DNA of 64,000 nt from Candidatus Latescibacterota bacterium (GTDB taxonomy: Bacteria; Latescibacterota; UBA2968; UBA8231): contig JAPYRN010000019.1 of assembly GCA_029941565.1 (NCBI GenBank), forward strand, positions 4,228 to 68,227. The letters are read 5' to 3'. Each line of letters starts with the position of its first letter. The first letter of the stretch is position 1. This document shows, in pieces, positions 18,496-26,741 of the stretch. The translations under genes were made by a program, and so were the position numbers. Below the pieces are notes generated by a model. That model had not been told where the DNA came from, searched no databases, and worked only from the letters and a program-made list of their open reading frames with translations.

Positions 18496-19515
18496 GTGCG
18501 CCTTGCCATCAGTCTGGGATTGATGGCGGCTTTCCTCTACTGGGCATTTGGTGACATCAAAGCGGGCTCGCTGTGGGCGGCAACCACCGGCGTTTCGGGA
18601 TGGTGGCTGGGCGCGGCGGTGGTCACGATCCTCATCACCGCAGTGCTGCGCGCCTGGCGCTGGAATGTCCTGCTGCGGCCCGTTGCCCCCAACGTCACGC
18701 TCGTCGATGCAACGTTGGCATTGTGCATTGGCTATGCGGTCAACCTCGTCAGCCCCATCCCGCGCGGTGGCGAGGCAGCCCGCGCCTTGAGCTTGCGGTG
18801 GACCCGGGGCGCGAACATCAGCGCCGTCGTTGGCACCATCGTCGTGGAACGCGTCATCGACATGCTCTGGCTGCTGCTCTTCATCGCCGTCTCGGCTGCT
18901 CTTCTTCCCGGGCAGATCGAGCAGCTCTTCCCCTGGATGCGCGCGGCAACGATGATAACTCTCGCCCTCGCGATTCTGGCCGTCGCCGGTATGGTTGTCG
19001 TGTCCTTCTACAAGGATCGTGGTGTCGCCTTCGTCCACCGCCTTCTCGCCCACCTGTCGGAACGACTGGCGCAGACCGTCGCCGACCTGTTGTCACAATT
19101 TATCCACGGCTTGGTCGCATTGCGGACGCCATCTGCCTATCTGGAGATTCTGCTCAGTTCCCTGCTGCTCAATGCGGGATACATTCTTATCACCTACTTC
19201 TCCTTCGCCGCCTTCAACTTTCAGCATAGTCCTTGGCACCTGGGTGGCGAAGCGGCGCTGGTAGTCATGGCGGTCTCATCGATCGGCTTCGTGCTGCCCG
19301 CCCAGGGAGGGATCGGCACCTATCACTTCTTTTATGGGACCTCCCTGAACAAACTGTTTGCCATTCCCCAGGCATCGGCTATGGCATGTGCCACCGTCGT
19401 GCATGCGGTTTCGAGTTTGACCTACTTCGTTGTGGGCGCCCCCGCCCTGTTGCTGCTGCGCCACCGTCACGGCAAACGTGGCACTCTCAAGGAAGAACTC
19501 GAGCAGGCCTCCTAA
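18496..19515 (+). CDS. Membrane protein, lysylphosphatidylglycerol-synthase TM-region / flippase-like (UPF0104) family
   Basis: 339 aa with a GTG start and about 8 TM segments. The N-terminal pattern WWLGAAVVTILITAVLRAWRWNVLLRPV is characteristic of this family as I recall it. Confidence 0.65.
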   Translation: MRLAISLGLMAAFLYWAFGDIKAGSLWAATTGVSGWWLGAAVVTILITAVLRAWRWNVLLRPVAPNVTLVDATLALCIGYAVNLVSPIPRGGEAARALSLRWTRGANISAVVGTIVVERVIDMLWLLLFIAVSAALLPGQIEQLFPWMRAATMITLALAILAVAGMVVVSFYKDRGVAFVHRLLAHLSERLAQTVADLLSQFIHGLVALRTPSAYLEILLSSLLLNAGYILITYFSFAAFNFQHSPWHLGGEAALVVMAVSSIGFVLPAQGGIGTYHFFYGTSLNKLFAIPQASAMACATVVHAVSSLTYFVVGAPALLLLRHRHGKRGTLKEELEQAS

Positions 19516-19531
19516 GAGTTTCGGCGGGGCT

Positions 19532-22231
19532 TTAGTATTGCAGCGCAGATACGGCTTTGCTGACCATGGCCAGGGCAGCGCAGAACATGCCGATCAGCGA
19601 CATGCCGACGCCGAAACCGACGGCGAGCACCATCGCGTATCGACGCCATTCCTGCTTGCCATAACGCTTCCAGAAATAGAACCGAGCCAACAAGGCACCG
19701 AGGATCTGCGGCAGCAGATTGTGCGGGATGCCGAGCACACTCTGTACATACCCCCAGATGAGAAACACGGGCATCCCCAGGAAAGACATGGAGAAGTACA
19801 CGAACAGGCCAAAGCCGCCGCCGATGAGGATGATCGGCCACTTCCAGCCTTTCAGTGGATGGCGAATATCCTCATCGACCGCACCGTCGCCATCGTCATC
19901 ACGATTGTTGACGAGCTCCTCATCGATGCGGCCATCCCCGTCATCGTCACGCCCGTCGCCCGTGTAGGTCAGGTCACGCCACAACGTCTCGAACAGCAAT
20001 GGCCGATCCGCCGACCTCTGCAGAAACTCGCCATCGAAGGTGATGAGGCGGTCCACTTCGAAGAAGAAGTCGACCGAATCCGCAGCCGTCCCGGCAATGG
20101 CTCGAAAATTCGGATTCGCCGTGACCACAACGATTCCCGGCTCGGGCCACACTCTCTGTACCGTCGTCACATCTTCCACGGGTGGGCCTCGAAGACTGTC
20201 CCTTTTGGCCGCTGATTGGCGAGCGATGTCCAGCGCCACCAGCATTGCGCCCGGTACTTCTTCGGGCACCTTGCCATCACCAAAATTCGTGTAGAAGTGC
20301 CCGACGTCCGACCACGCACCATACTGCCGTTTGTTGGGGTCAGGGATCTCGACGTCCAGCGTCGCCTTCACGCGCCAGTACCACCACTGCTCATCCTGTA
20401 GATTGGATGGACTCCAGACCGCCTCTCCCGGTGATACGAGAGCGCCCTCCACCTCCTCCCCGCCGCGCCACATTCGGCTATACATCGTACTCGAGAAAAA
20501 CAGGGCTCGGTCGAAGGCCTGCAGCGGCCACATGAGTTGTGCGTATGGATAACTCTCTGACGGGATCGGTCCCATGCGCCAGAGGAAACTCCAGTACATC
20601 AGGCTGACGACGAAGACGATGGGCAACATGAAGAGCTCCGCCTTCAGCAGACTCGTAAAGCGCATGCCCGTGAGTTCGACGACTCGAAAACCCTCTGCGT
20701 GTCCGCCATAGTTGCGTGTCGGAAATGGCACGAACCAGATGTCGACGCCACGGTAACCGGTGAGGAAGATGATCGCTTCATTGATGTATGGAATCGACAC
20801 TTCTCTGCCGATGAGGCCATCAAGTCGTGCCGACACGAAGGACATGATCGGCGCGTAGATGAAGGCGATGCCGAAGAACAAGACCAGCAGCCCCGTGGTC
20901 ACCAGCGTCGGAAAGAGCGTCTTGGCGAGCACGATCGGGTAGACGGCAGCGACGGAAAAAAGGATGACACAGATCCAGAGATTGAAGTCGCCACGACCGA
21001 GGTGTTTGATACAATATCCCCGCACCTCGGAGTGGGAATTACAGCCCTCGTGCTGACAGGTGTCCGGGTAGGTGCGCTCGTCACCACGCAGCGAGTCCCG
21101 CACCTGTAGACGCCGTTGGCGTGCCGTCGTCAGCAACTGATAGAAACTGATGACGGTGACGGCAAGGGTGATGCCGATGGAGAAGGCACGCCAGAAATCG
21201 ATCCCCGTCACGATCTGTGTTCTGATCGTATCCATGCCCGAGGACCAGCTGGGCAGCAGCCCGGCATCATATAGGAATGGGCTCGCAAAGGTGTGAGCCA
21301 TGACCCCACAGAAAGAACCTACGACACCCCAGAATGGCATCAGCAGGCCACCGAAGATGATGCCAAGATTGAGTGTGATCCCCAACGGCGTTGCCGGCAG
21401 CAGGTTGCCAAAATAGGGTGTCAGGTCCCAGAACGGGATGGGAATGAGGGATACCCTGGCGGCGGCACCACCAATGACTTCGGTGATCGTGGGAATCCCC
21501 ACGTAGAGCATGCCAAAGACGGCGCCGATGACACCCCCAACGGCGAAGACCGGCCATTTCCAGGTCTCCTCTTCGTCGCCACTTTCTTCGGCCAGAGCCA
21601 TGGCCGACAGGGCCGACATGGGCGCCGTCGGGAAGGGCAGGCGTTCGCGATCGGAGGTCAGGCGAAAGAGCAGGTAGCCACTGGTAAACCAGGTGATACG
21701 CCCGACGATGGTGCCCGACACGAGCAGGACCATGGGCCACAGCCAGTCCCGATGCAGGAAGGTACGAGCCGCCAGCGCCGGTGAGTCAGGAGATGGCACC
21801 CACCACCACGGCAACAGCCGCGCGACGCCAAATTGCGCCGCCTCGGCGGAGCGCACGAAATACTGACGGAATAGCAGATCGAGGAAGGCGCCCTCTTCCC
21901 TGGCGACCAATGCCGAAGCGACATAGACGAGCAGGTATATCTCCTGTCGCCGGAGAGAGGTGAAGGAACGTTTGGCGACTTCCAGGAACAGGATCACGGT
22001 CACCCACTGTGCCGCCGCACCGATGGATCCACCCGTGACGAGGCCGAGATACATCTCTCCCGGGGTCATGATCAGCGAAATGAACAACACGCCGATCACC
22101 GTACGCAGGGTGAATCCCTCTTCGAATCGCTCTGGAGGTTCCAGCAGCGACCGGTACTCCTCGACCTCCTCCCATTGCTTGCGCCGCAGTCGCCGGCGCC
22201 AACCAAACAAGCCGCGTTCGGACTCAGCCAT
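19532..22231 (-). CDS. System gene C: 899-aa polytopic membrane protein with an OPT-like N-terminal core, a Cys/His knuckle loop, and a ~210-aa insert carrying two DxDxDG-type acidic loops
   Basis: Uninterrupted 899-aa ORF starting 12 nt after the stop of gene B. The N-terminal FTLRTVIGVLFISLIMTPGEMYLGLVTGGSIGAAAQW resembles the first TM pair of OPT-family transporters. CQHEGCNSHSEVRGYCIKH lies at aa 392-410. GDGRDDDGDGRIDEELVNNRDDDGDGAVDEDI lies at aa 758-789. The C-terminal motif ARFYFWKRYGKQEWRRY is shared with gene A. Confidence 0.85.
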   Translation of the reverse strand: MAESERGLFGWRRRLRRKQWEEVEEYRSLLEPPERFEEGFTLRTVIGVLFISLIMTPGEMYLGLVTGGSIGAAAQWVTVILFLEVAKRSFTSLRRQEIYLLVYVASALVAREEGAFLDLLFRQYFVRSAEAAQFGVARLLPWWWVPSPDSPALAARTFLHRDWLWPMVLLVSGTIVGRITWFTSGYLLFRLTSDRERLPFPTAPMSALSAMALAEESGDEEETWKWPVFAVGGVIGAVFGMLYVGIPTITEVIGGAAARVSLIPIPFWDLTPYFGNLLPATPLGITLNLGIIFGGLLMPFWGVVGSFCGVMAHTFASPFLYDAGLLPSWSSGMDTIRTQIVTGIDFWRAFSIGITLAVTVISFYQLLTTARQRRLQVRDSLRGDERTYPDTCQHEGCNSHSEVRGYCIKHLGRGDFNLWICVILFSVAAVYPIVLAKTLFPTLVTTGLLVLFFGIAFIYAPIMSFVSARLDGLIGREVSIPYINEAIIFLTGYRGVDIWFVPFPTRNYGGHAEGFRVVELTGMRFTSLLKAELFMLPIVFVVSLMYWSFLWRMGPIPSESYPYAQLMWPLQAFDRALFFSSTMYSRMWRGGEEVEGALVSPGEAVWSPSNLQDEQWWYWRVKATLDVEIPDPNKRQYGAWSDVGHFYTNFGDGKVPEEVPGAMLVALDIARQSAAKRDSLRGPPVEDVTTVQRVWPEPGIVVVTANPNFRAIAGTAADSVDFFFEVDRLITFDGEFLQRSADRPLLFETLWRDLTYTGDGRDDDGDGRIDEELVNNRDDDGDGAVDEDIRHPLKGWKWPIILIGGGFGLFVYFSMSFLGMPVFLIWGYVQSVLGIPHNLLPQILGALLARFYFWKRYGKQEWRRYAMVLAVGFGVGMSLIGMFCAALAMVSKAVSALQY

Positions 22232-22243
22232 CGATCACACTTT

Positions 22244-25200
22244 TCACGAGCCCTCCGAAGCCATGGAGAAGATCTCGTCGCCGGCTTTGATCATGTCCAT
22301 GGCGATCTCACTGTGATACTTCTTCGACGCCTCATCGAGGGTATGCCAGATGAGGAACTCCTTGCGCAGGTGGTTGACGAACCCTCCATTCACCCGTTGC
22401 CAGTAGGTGTCCTGGCCACTCAGACGTTGAATGAAGACCTCGACGGCGAAGGCACCACGCGTCGAACTTGCAGCGCACTCGATCTGCACGAACTGGCTCA
22501 CACCCATGTCAAATGGCGCCAGCCATAGAAGGAGCTGCACCGCATACTCCAACCTCCCCGTGTCGTCTGTCTCGCACACAACACGCACCTTGTCAGCATA
22601 GAAGTCCCCGATCGACTCCTCGCCATAGGCCTGGAAAAAGCTGGCAAGAAAACCGCACAACCCCTCTACCTCTTTCTCTGACACCATGAAGGGGAAGGAG
22701 AATTCCCAACGGTCCCCATCGGGTGGCGGCGGGCGCCACCGACGTACGGTGTCCGGTACCGCCGAGCGAGCCGCCACCCGTGCCGGATAAATCGTCGATA
22801 GCAGGACGACGCCCATCACCATCAATGCCGACATGATCGCAGCCAGGGAGGAATAGTTGAGATTCATGCCCCCAAGCCAGCCGAAATGGACGAGTGCTTT
22901 TCCCAGCCCCTGGCCCAACAGATACCCCATGGTGACACCGATGACGGCATAGACACAGGCCTCGGCGACAAACAACAGAGCAATGTGCATCGGCGCCAGA
23001 CCAACCGATGAATAGATCCCGATCTCGCGAAAACGTTCGTACACGGCGCCCATCATGGCATTGAGAACGATGAGAGACGCGATCAGCATCGGCACGATCA
23101 GTGCCGCCATACCCTCCACAGAGGTCACACCGAGTGAAGTAAAGGAGGAGACGACGATCTCGCCGTTCCCCGGGTCTCGAAGGCCTGCAAACAAGGTGCC
23201 GGAAATGCGTAGGAGAAAGTCTTCGATGAGCGTCTCGGCGTCGGCGTCTTCGTCAAAGCGCACCGCCACGGAACGCAGTCCGCCGAAAAGCTCCTGCAAC
23301 GTCCCATAGGGCAGGATGAGGACATTCTCTGCCGACAGATGTACGAAGGGGCGTACCTCGTAGGCCTGCGCCTCCTCCACAACGACCATCTGCGCCGAGG
23401 CGACGGGTCCAAGGGCGGCGTTGCTCGACATTTGAAAATCAGCCGGTGTCAGTGGCTCGTCATCAAGATCATGAACGTCACTGAATCTCTCCGCATCGAA
23501 CACACCCGCTACGGTGAATCGTTTACCAAAAATCTGCACGGTCGCCGAACCGACGTCATCAGGGCGGATACCGAGGGTGGCGGCCATCTCACCTGAGAGC
23601 AGACACGCCACCTCGTCGTCGTCAACAAACCACCGGCCCCACAACAAGCTGTTGGCGGCACCGGTGACATCCTTCTCCCCCACGGTCAACCCCAACAGAC
23701 CGGTGGCGCGGACACTGATGCTGTCGTGCCGAACATCGGTAAACTTCTTCTCCTCATCGTCGTAGGCGATATACCAATTGCGCGGTGCCACGACGCCCTC
23801 ATCGCCGAAGTGTGACCTGGCGTATTCCAGCGTTGACGGTGACAACTCCCCCCAGCCTCGGTCACGAATGAGGACCCCTTCATAGGGGCCCTCGTGATCG
23901 AGGGAGAACACGAGGAAACGCACATCCGGGCGAAAGGAGGTGAAGGACAGAACCGTGAAGGTCAACAATGTCAACGTCAGCAGCGTCAGAGCCGTACGCA
24001 ACCGTCGTCTGCGCATATTCGAGATGCCGAGGATGAACGCAGTGTAGGCGGCGCTGACGCGACTGATGTCGGTCTGGTGAATCTTGGCCTGCTCCGCCTG
24101 GTATTCGCGCAGAAACCGGTTGAAGCGACTCGTCACCATCACCAGAACGAAGACGGCCATGGCCATGATCGCGAAGGCGAGCAGGATGATGAGGGGATGG
24201 GCGATATCGAAGGCGGGATGCACCTGAGAGATCAACGCCCAGATCAGCAACAGCAAGCCGAGGAAGCCGGCGATCTGCCAGCGCACATCGGAGGATGCGA
24301 ACAACAGCCGTTCACCGAAGAATGCCGTTGGAATCACCAGGGCGAGGAAGAAGACGATGCCACGGATCACGTCGTTCAGGGTGCCCACGACTTCCGGATA
24401 GGCCAGCATGGTGACGCCGAGACCGGCCCGTACTTCAGCGATGTATTCTTCCCAGTGCAGCGAGTCGTAGGCGGTCTGCCCCGCCTGCAGGTGATCTCGG
24501 CCAGCTTCGTGCAGGCGGCTGAGACGTTGGTTTTCGATGGCATGACGACGCATCGTCGCCAGGCGTGCGTCGTTCAATCTCCACATGTCTCGCAGGGCGT
24601 GGATGTCGGCTGGCATCACGTCGTTGTTCAACAGATCGTAGCCGCTGCCCTTGGCCTCGTCCTCATTCTCTCCGCCAGGACTGTTGATCAACAGCAACGA
24701 GCCGAAGAGCATCTTCAGGGCCCCGCCCTGTCGGCCGCCCTCGCGAGAAGAGAAAACGACGCAGAGATTGCTGCTCATGCTGCCGCCGAAGCTGTAACCA
24801 AACTGGCGTGGCGCGATGCCACCGGGATCGATCAGCGTGAGTTTTCTCAGTCCCACAAGAAGATTGGGGTTTGTCAGGCCATAAAGCGTGCGCCCCACCG
24901 CCGGAAACATTACGAGGGTCCGGGTCTCCTGGTTCCACCGTATGCTCCAGTTCAGACGTCCGGATGGCGTCGGGGAGCCATGGAACTTCTGCGCTCTCAC
25001 ACTCAGATCCGGAGCGTAGGTAATCTCCCCCGTCTCCCGTTCCATGGCGTACGCTGTCAGTGCCTCCCCGCCGACCGTCAATCCAGGGACCAGTACCTCC
25101 CCCTTGTCATCGGTGAGGTGGTATTTCGCCAGGTGCACACCCTTGTGGCTGCCGGCGCCGATAATCACTAAGGCGTCATCGATCTGGCGATCGGGGGTCT

Positions 25201-26740
25201 GACTCCGACGTGGAAAGGCACGTAGCCTGACTTTGTGGGTCCGCAATTCATCCTTGAGCACCGGAGAAAAATCCTCCAGTCCCTGGAATAGCGCCGTGTC
25301 CGCAAAGGATCGACTCAGGATGCCGTTGAGGAAGCTCGACTGCCGGTGCAGATTGTCCATATCGACGCGCGCCGGCGTGTCGAGTGGTGTATTGACCGGA
25401 AAGCGTGCATCATGGATGGTGACAAAGGCGAGAGCCACTTGCCCCGCCGCCATCGCCATCTCGGAGTCAACGCTAACCCCGTCGGGGACGAAGGTCGACC
25501 AATCCATGCCTCGAATCGGACTGATGCCGTTGACCATGGCCTGCTCCGGATCACGTCCCTGGTCGGTGGCGACCTGTTGGGCGTATGCGGTAAAGCGTCG
25601 ACCGAAGGGGACGAAGAAACGCTTCAGGTCGAAGCTGAAGGTGTTGTTCCAGATGCCGACCTGGTCCGTCTTTGTCGACAGATCGAGGCTGATGAAGAGA
25701 TTGGGATGCAGCGGCTCTTCCATACGTTTGGCATAAAAGTCCGAGGCACGGGCATGCCGATCGAGAAAGTCGACGGCGCCACTCAGTGCCTGGAAATGAG
25801 CCCCGGCGAAGAGCAGTGTGATGTTACGCTCCGGGGGATGCTGGCGCAGATGGTGGGCCAATTCCAGTAGCGCCGCCGCACTGGAGGCTACCTCCGCGGA
25901 TGGCGCCAGGGAGGGTGCGATCGAAATTCCATCGTAATAGGCTTCGACGATGATTCGCTGTGACGACAGGACCGAATCGGCGGCGGCAGCGGGCACATCA
26001 ATCCAGATATTCCACGCCGGTCTCTCAACCCAGTCCATGCGCGAGTGCAGCTGTACGGCCAATTCCTCCCCATCGGCCAATCGTCGGCGCAGACGGTCGC
26101 CGTCCTTGCTGCCAACCCAGAAGCGCGGCACGTCTACGGGAGCAAAGAGATACTTGTCGATGGACTGTCGATAGGAGGTATCCTCCGGTTCGATGAAGAG
26201 GATCGCCCGCGCCCCCAAGCCGGCGAGGCGGACCCAGTGATCCCAGGAGTTGAATTCCATGAGCACGATGCGGCCATCGATGGCGCGACCGTCGAAGTCG
26301 GCATATTCACCGCCACCCGCCCAGGTTAACGGCGCCTCTAATCCTCCAGGAGGTACCGTCGTCGTCCGTGGACCATTCGGCCACAACCCGAAGAGCTCGA
26401 CACTCTCACCCCATTCCTCGATGTGGAGACGACTGGCGCCGATTTCGACCGGGACCGTTACCGGAAAACTTTCTCGGCGAACGGGGCCGCCCAGGTCCAG
26501 AGCCTGCAGTTGCGCTTCGAGCCAGTCTGCAACAAGGGCAGTCCCTGGCTGCCCCGTCATGCGGGAATCGTGGGAGGCCAGATACTCAATGCTGCTGCGC
26601 AGCCGCTGCTTGCTGTCGGCCATGGTGAGCAGATCGGGACCACCAGCGCCGGCAGGCAGACACCTCAGGGCGACACTTATGCAGACCAGAAAACCGGTCT
26701 GACGCAACATATATAGGCTCTTCTTCTTCATCGACGCCAT
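22244..26740 (-). CDS. System gene B: ~1498-aa fusion of a signal anchor, a PA-domain/M28-like ectodomain (ligands substituted), a beta-rich linker, 3 TM segments, an FtsX/MacB-type permease module, and an unrecognised C-terminal cytoplasmic domain
   Basis: ORF 22244..26806. The likely start is ATG 26740 (MASMKKKSLYMLRQTGFLVCISVAL), 1 nt after the gene A stop. It has an M28-like scaffold (IEYLASHDSRMTGQPG...IIVEAYYDGIS...APSAEVASSAAALLELAHHL...LLFAGAHFQALSGAVDFL) with an inserted PA-like domain. The FtsX-type TM1 is MRRRRLRTALTLLTLTLLTFTVLSF, followed by a large ectodomain. The FtsX TM2-4 signature is LIVLNAMMGAVYERFREIGIYSSVGLAPMHIALLFVAEACVYAVIGVTMGYLLG. Confidence 0.85.
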   Translation of the reverse strand: MASMKKKSLYMLRQTGFLVCISVALRCLPAGAGGPDLLTMADSKQRLRSSIEYLASHDSRMTGQPGTALVADWLEAQLQALDLGGPVRRESFPVTVPVEIGASRLHIEEWGESVELFGLWPNGPRTTTVPPGGLEAPLTWAGGGEYADFDGRAIDGRIVLMEFNSWDHWVRLAGLGARAILFIEPEDTSYRQSIDKYLFAPVDVPRFWVGSKDGDRLRRRLADGEELAVQLHSRMDWVERPAWNIWIDVPAAAADSVLSSQRIIVEAYYDGISIAPSLAPSAEVASSAAALLELAHHLRQHPPERNITLLFAGAHFQALSGAVDFLDRHARASDFYAKRMEEPLHPNLFISLDLSTKTDQVGIWNNTFSFDLKRFFVPFGRRFTAYAQQVATDQGRDPEQAMVNGISPIRGMDWSTFVPDGVSVDSEMAMAAGQVALAFVTIHDARFPVNTPLDTPARVDMDNLHRQSSFLNGILSRSFADTALFQGLEDFSPVLKDELRTHKVRLRAFPRRSQTPDRQIDDALVIIGAGSHKGVHLAKYHLTDDKGEVLVPGLTVGGEALTAYAMERETGEITYAPDLSVRAQKFHGSPTPSGRLNWSIRWNQETRTLVMFPAVGRTLYGLTNPNLLVGLRKLTLIDPGGIAPRQFGYSFGGSMSSNLCVVFSSREGGRQGGALKMLFGSLLLINSPGGENEDEAKGSGYDLLNNDVMPADIHALRDMWRLNDARLATMRRHAIENQRLSRLHEAGRDHLQAGQTAYDSLHWEEYIAEVRAGLGVTMLAYPEVVGTLNDVIRGIVFFLALVIPTAFFGERLLFASSDVRWQIAGFLGLLLLIWALISQVHPAFDIAHPLIILLAFAIMAMAVFVLVMVTSRFNRFLREYQAEQAKIHQTDISRVSAAYTAFILGISNMRRRRLRTALTLLTLTLLTFTVLSFTSFRPDVRFLVFSLDHEGPYEGVLIRDRGWGELSPSTLEYARSHFGDEGVVAPRNWYIAYDDEEKKFTDVRHDSISVRATGLLGLTVGEKDVTGAANSLLWGRWFVDDDEVACLLSGEMAATLGIRPDDVGSATVQIFGKRFTVAGVFDAERFSDVHDLDDEPLTPADFQMSSNAALGPVASAQMVVVEEAQAYEVRPFVHLSAENVLILPYGTLQELFGGLRSVAVRFDEDADAETLIEDFLLRISGTLFAGLRDPGNGEIVVSSFTSLGVTSVEGMAALIVPMLIASLIVLNAMMGAVYERFREIGIYSSVGLAPMHIALLFVAEACVYAVIGVTMGYLLGQGLGKALVHFGWLGGMNLNYSSLAAIMSALMVMGVVLLSTIYPARVAARSAVPDTVRRWRPPPPDGDRWEFSFPFMVSEKEVEGLCGFLASFFQAYGEESIGDFYADKVRVVCETDDTGRLEYAVQLLLWLAPFDMGVSQFVQIECAASSTRGAFAVEVFIQRLSGQDTYWQRVNGGFVNHLRKEFLIWHTLDEASKKYHSEIAMDMIKAGDEIFSMASEGS

Positions 26741-26741
26741 G

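Noticed and set aside
19868-19960. Possible nucleotide-level tandem repeat or VNTR at the DDDGDG motifs of gene C
   Set aside because: There are only two imperfect copies, and they are conserved at the peptide level rather than the nucleotide level. I treated them as a protein motif rather than a DNA repeat.
22244-24016. Interpreting the FtsX module of gene B as part of a LolCDE, MacAB or FtsEX system
   Set aside because: No cognate ATPase, membrane-fusion protein or lipoprotein-release partner is encoded nearby. The fusion context (M28-like ectodomain, extra TM segments, C-terminal domain) does not match those systems.
23894-25171. 425-aa plus-strand ORF
   Set aside because: It lies entirely antisense within gene B, and its composition is dominated by R/H/Q/G/D runs with no motifs. 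It is a typical shadow ORF of a GC-rich coding region.
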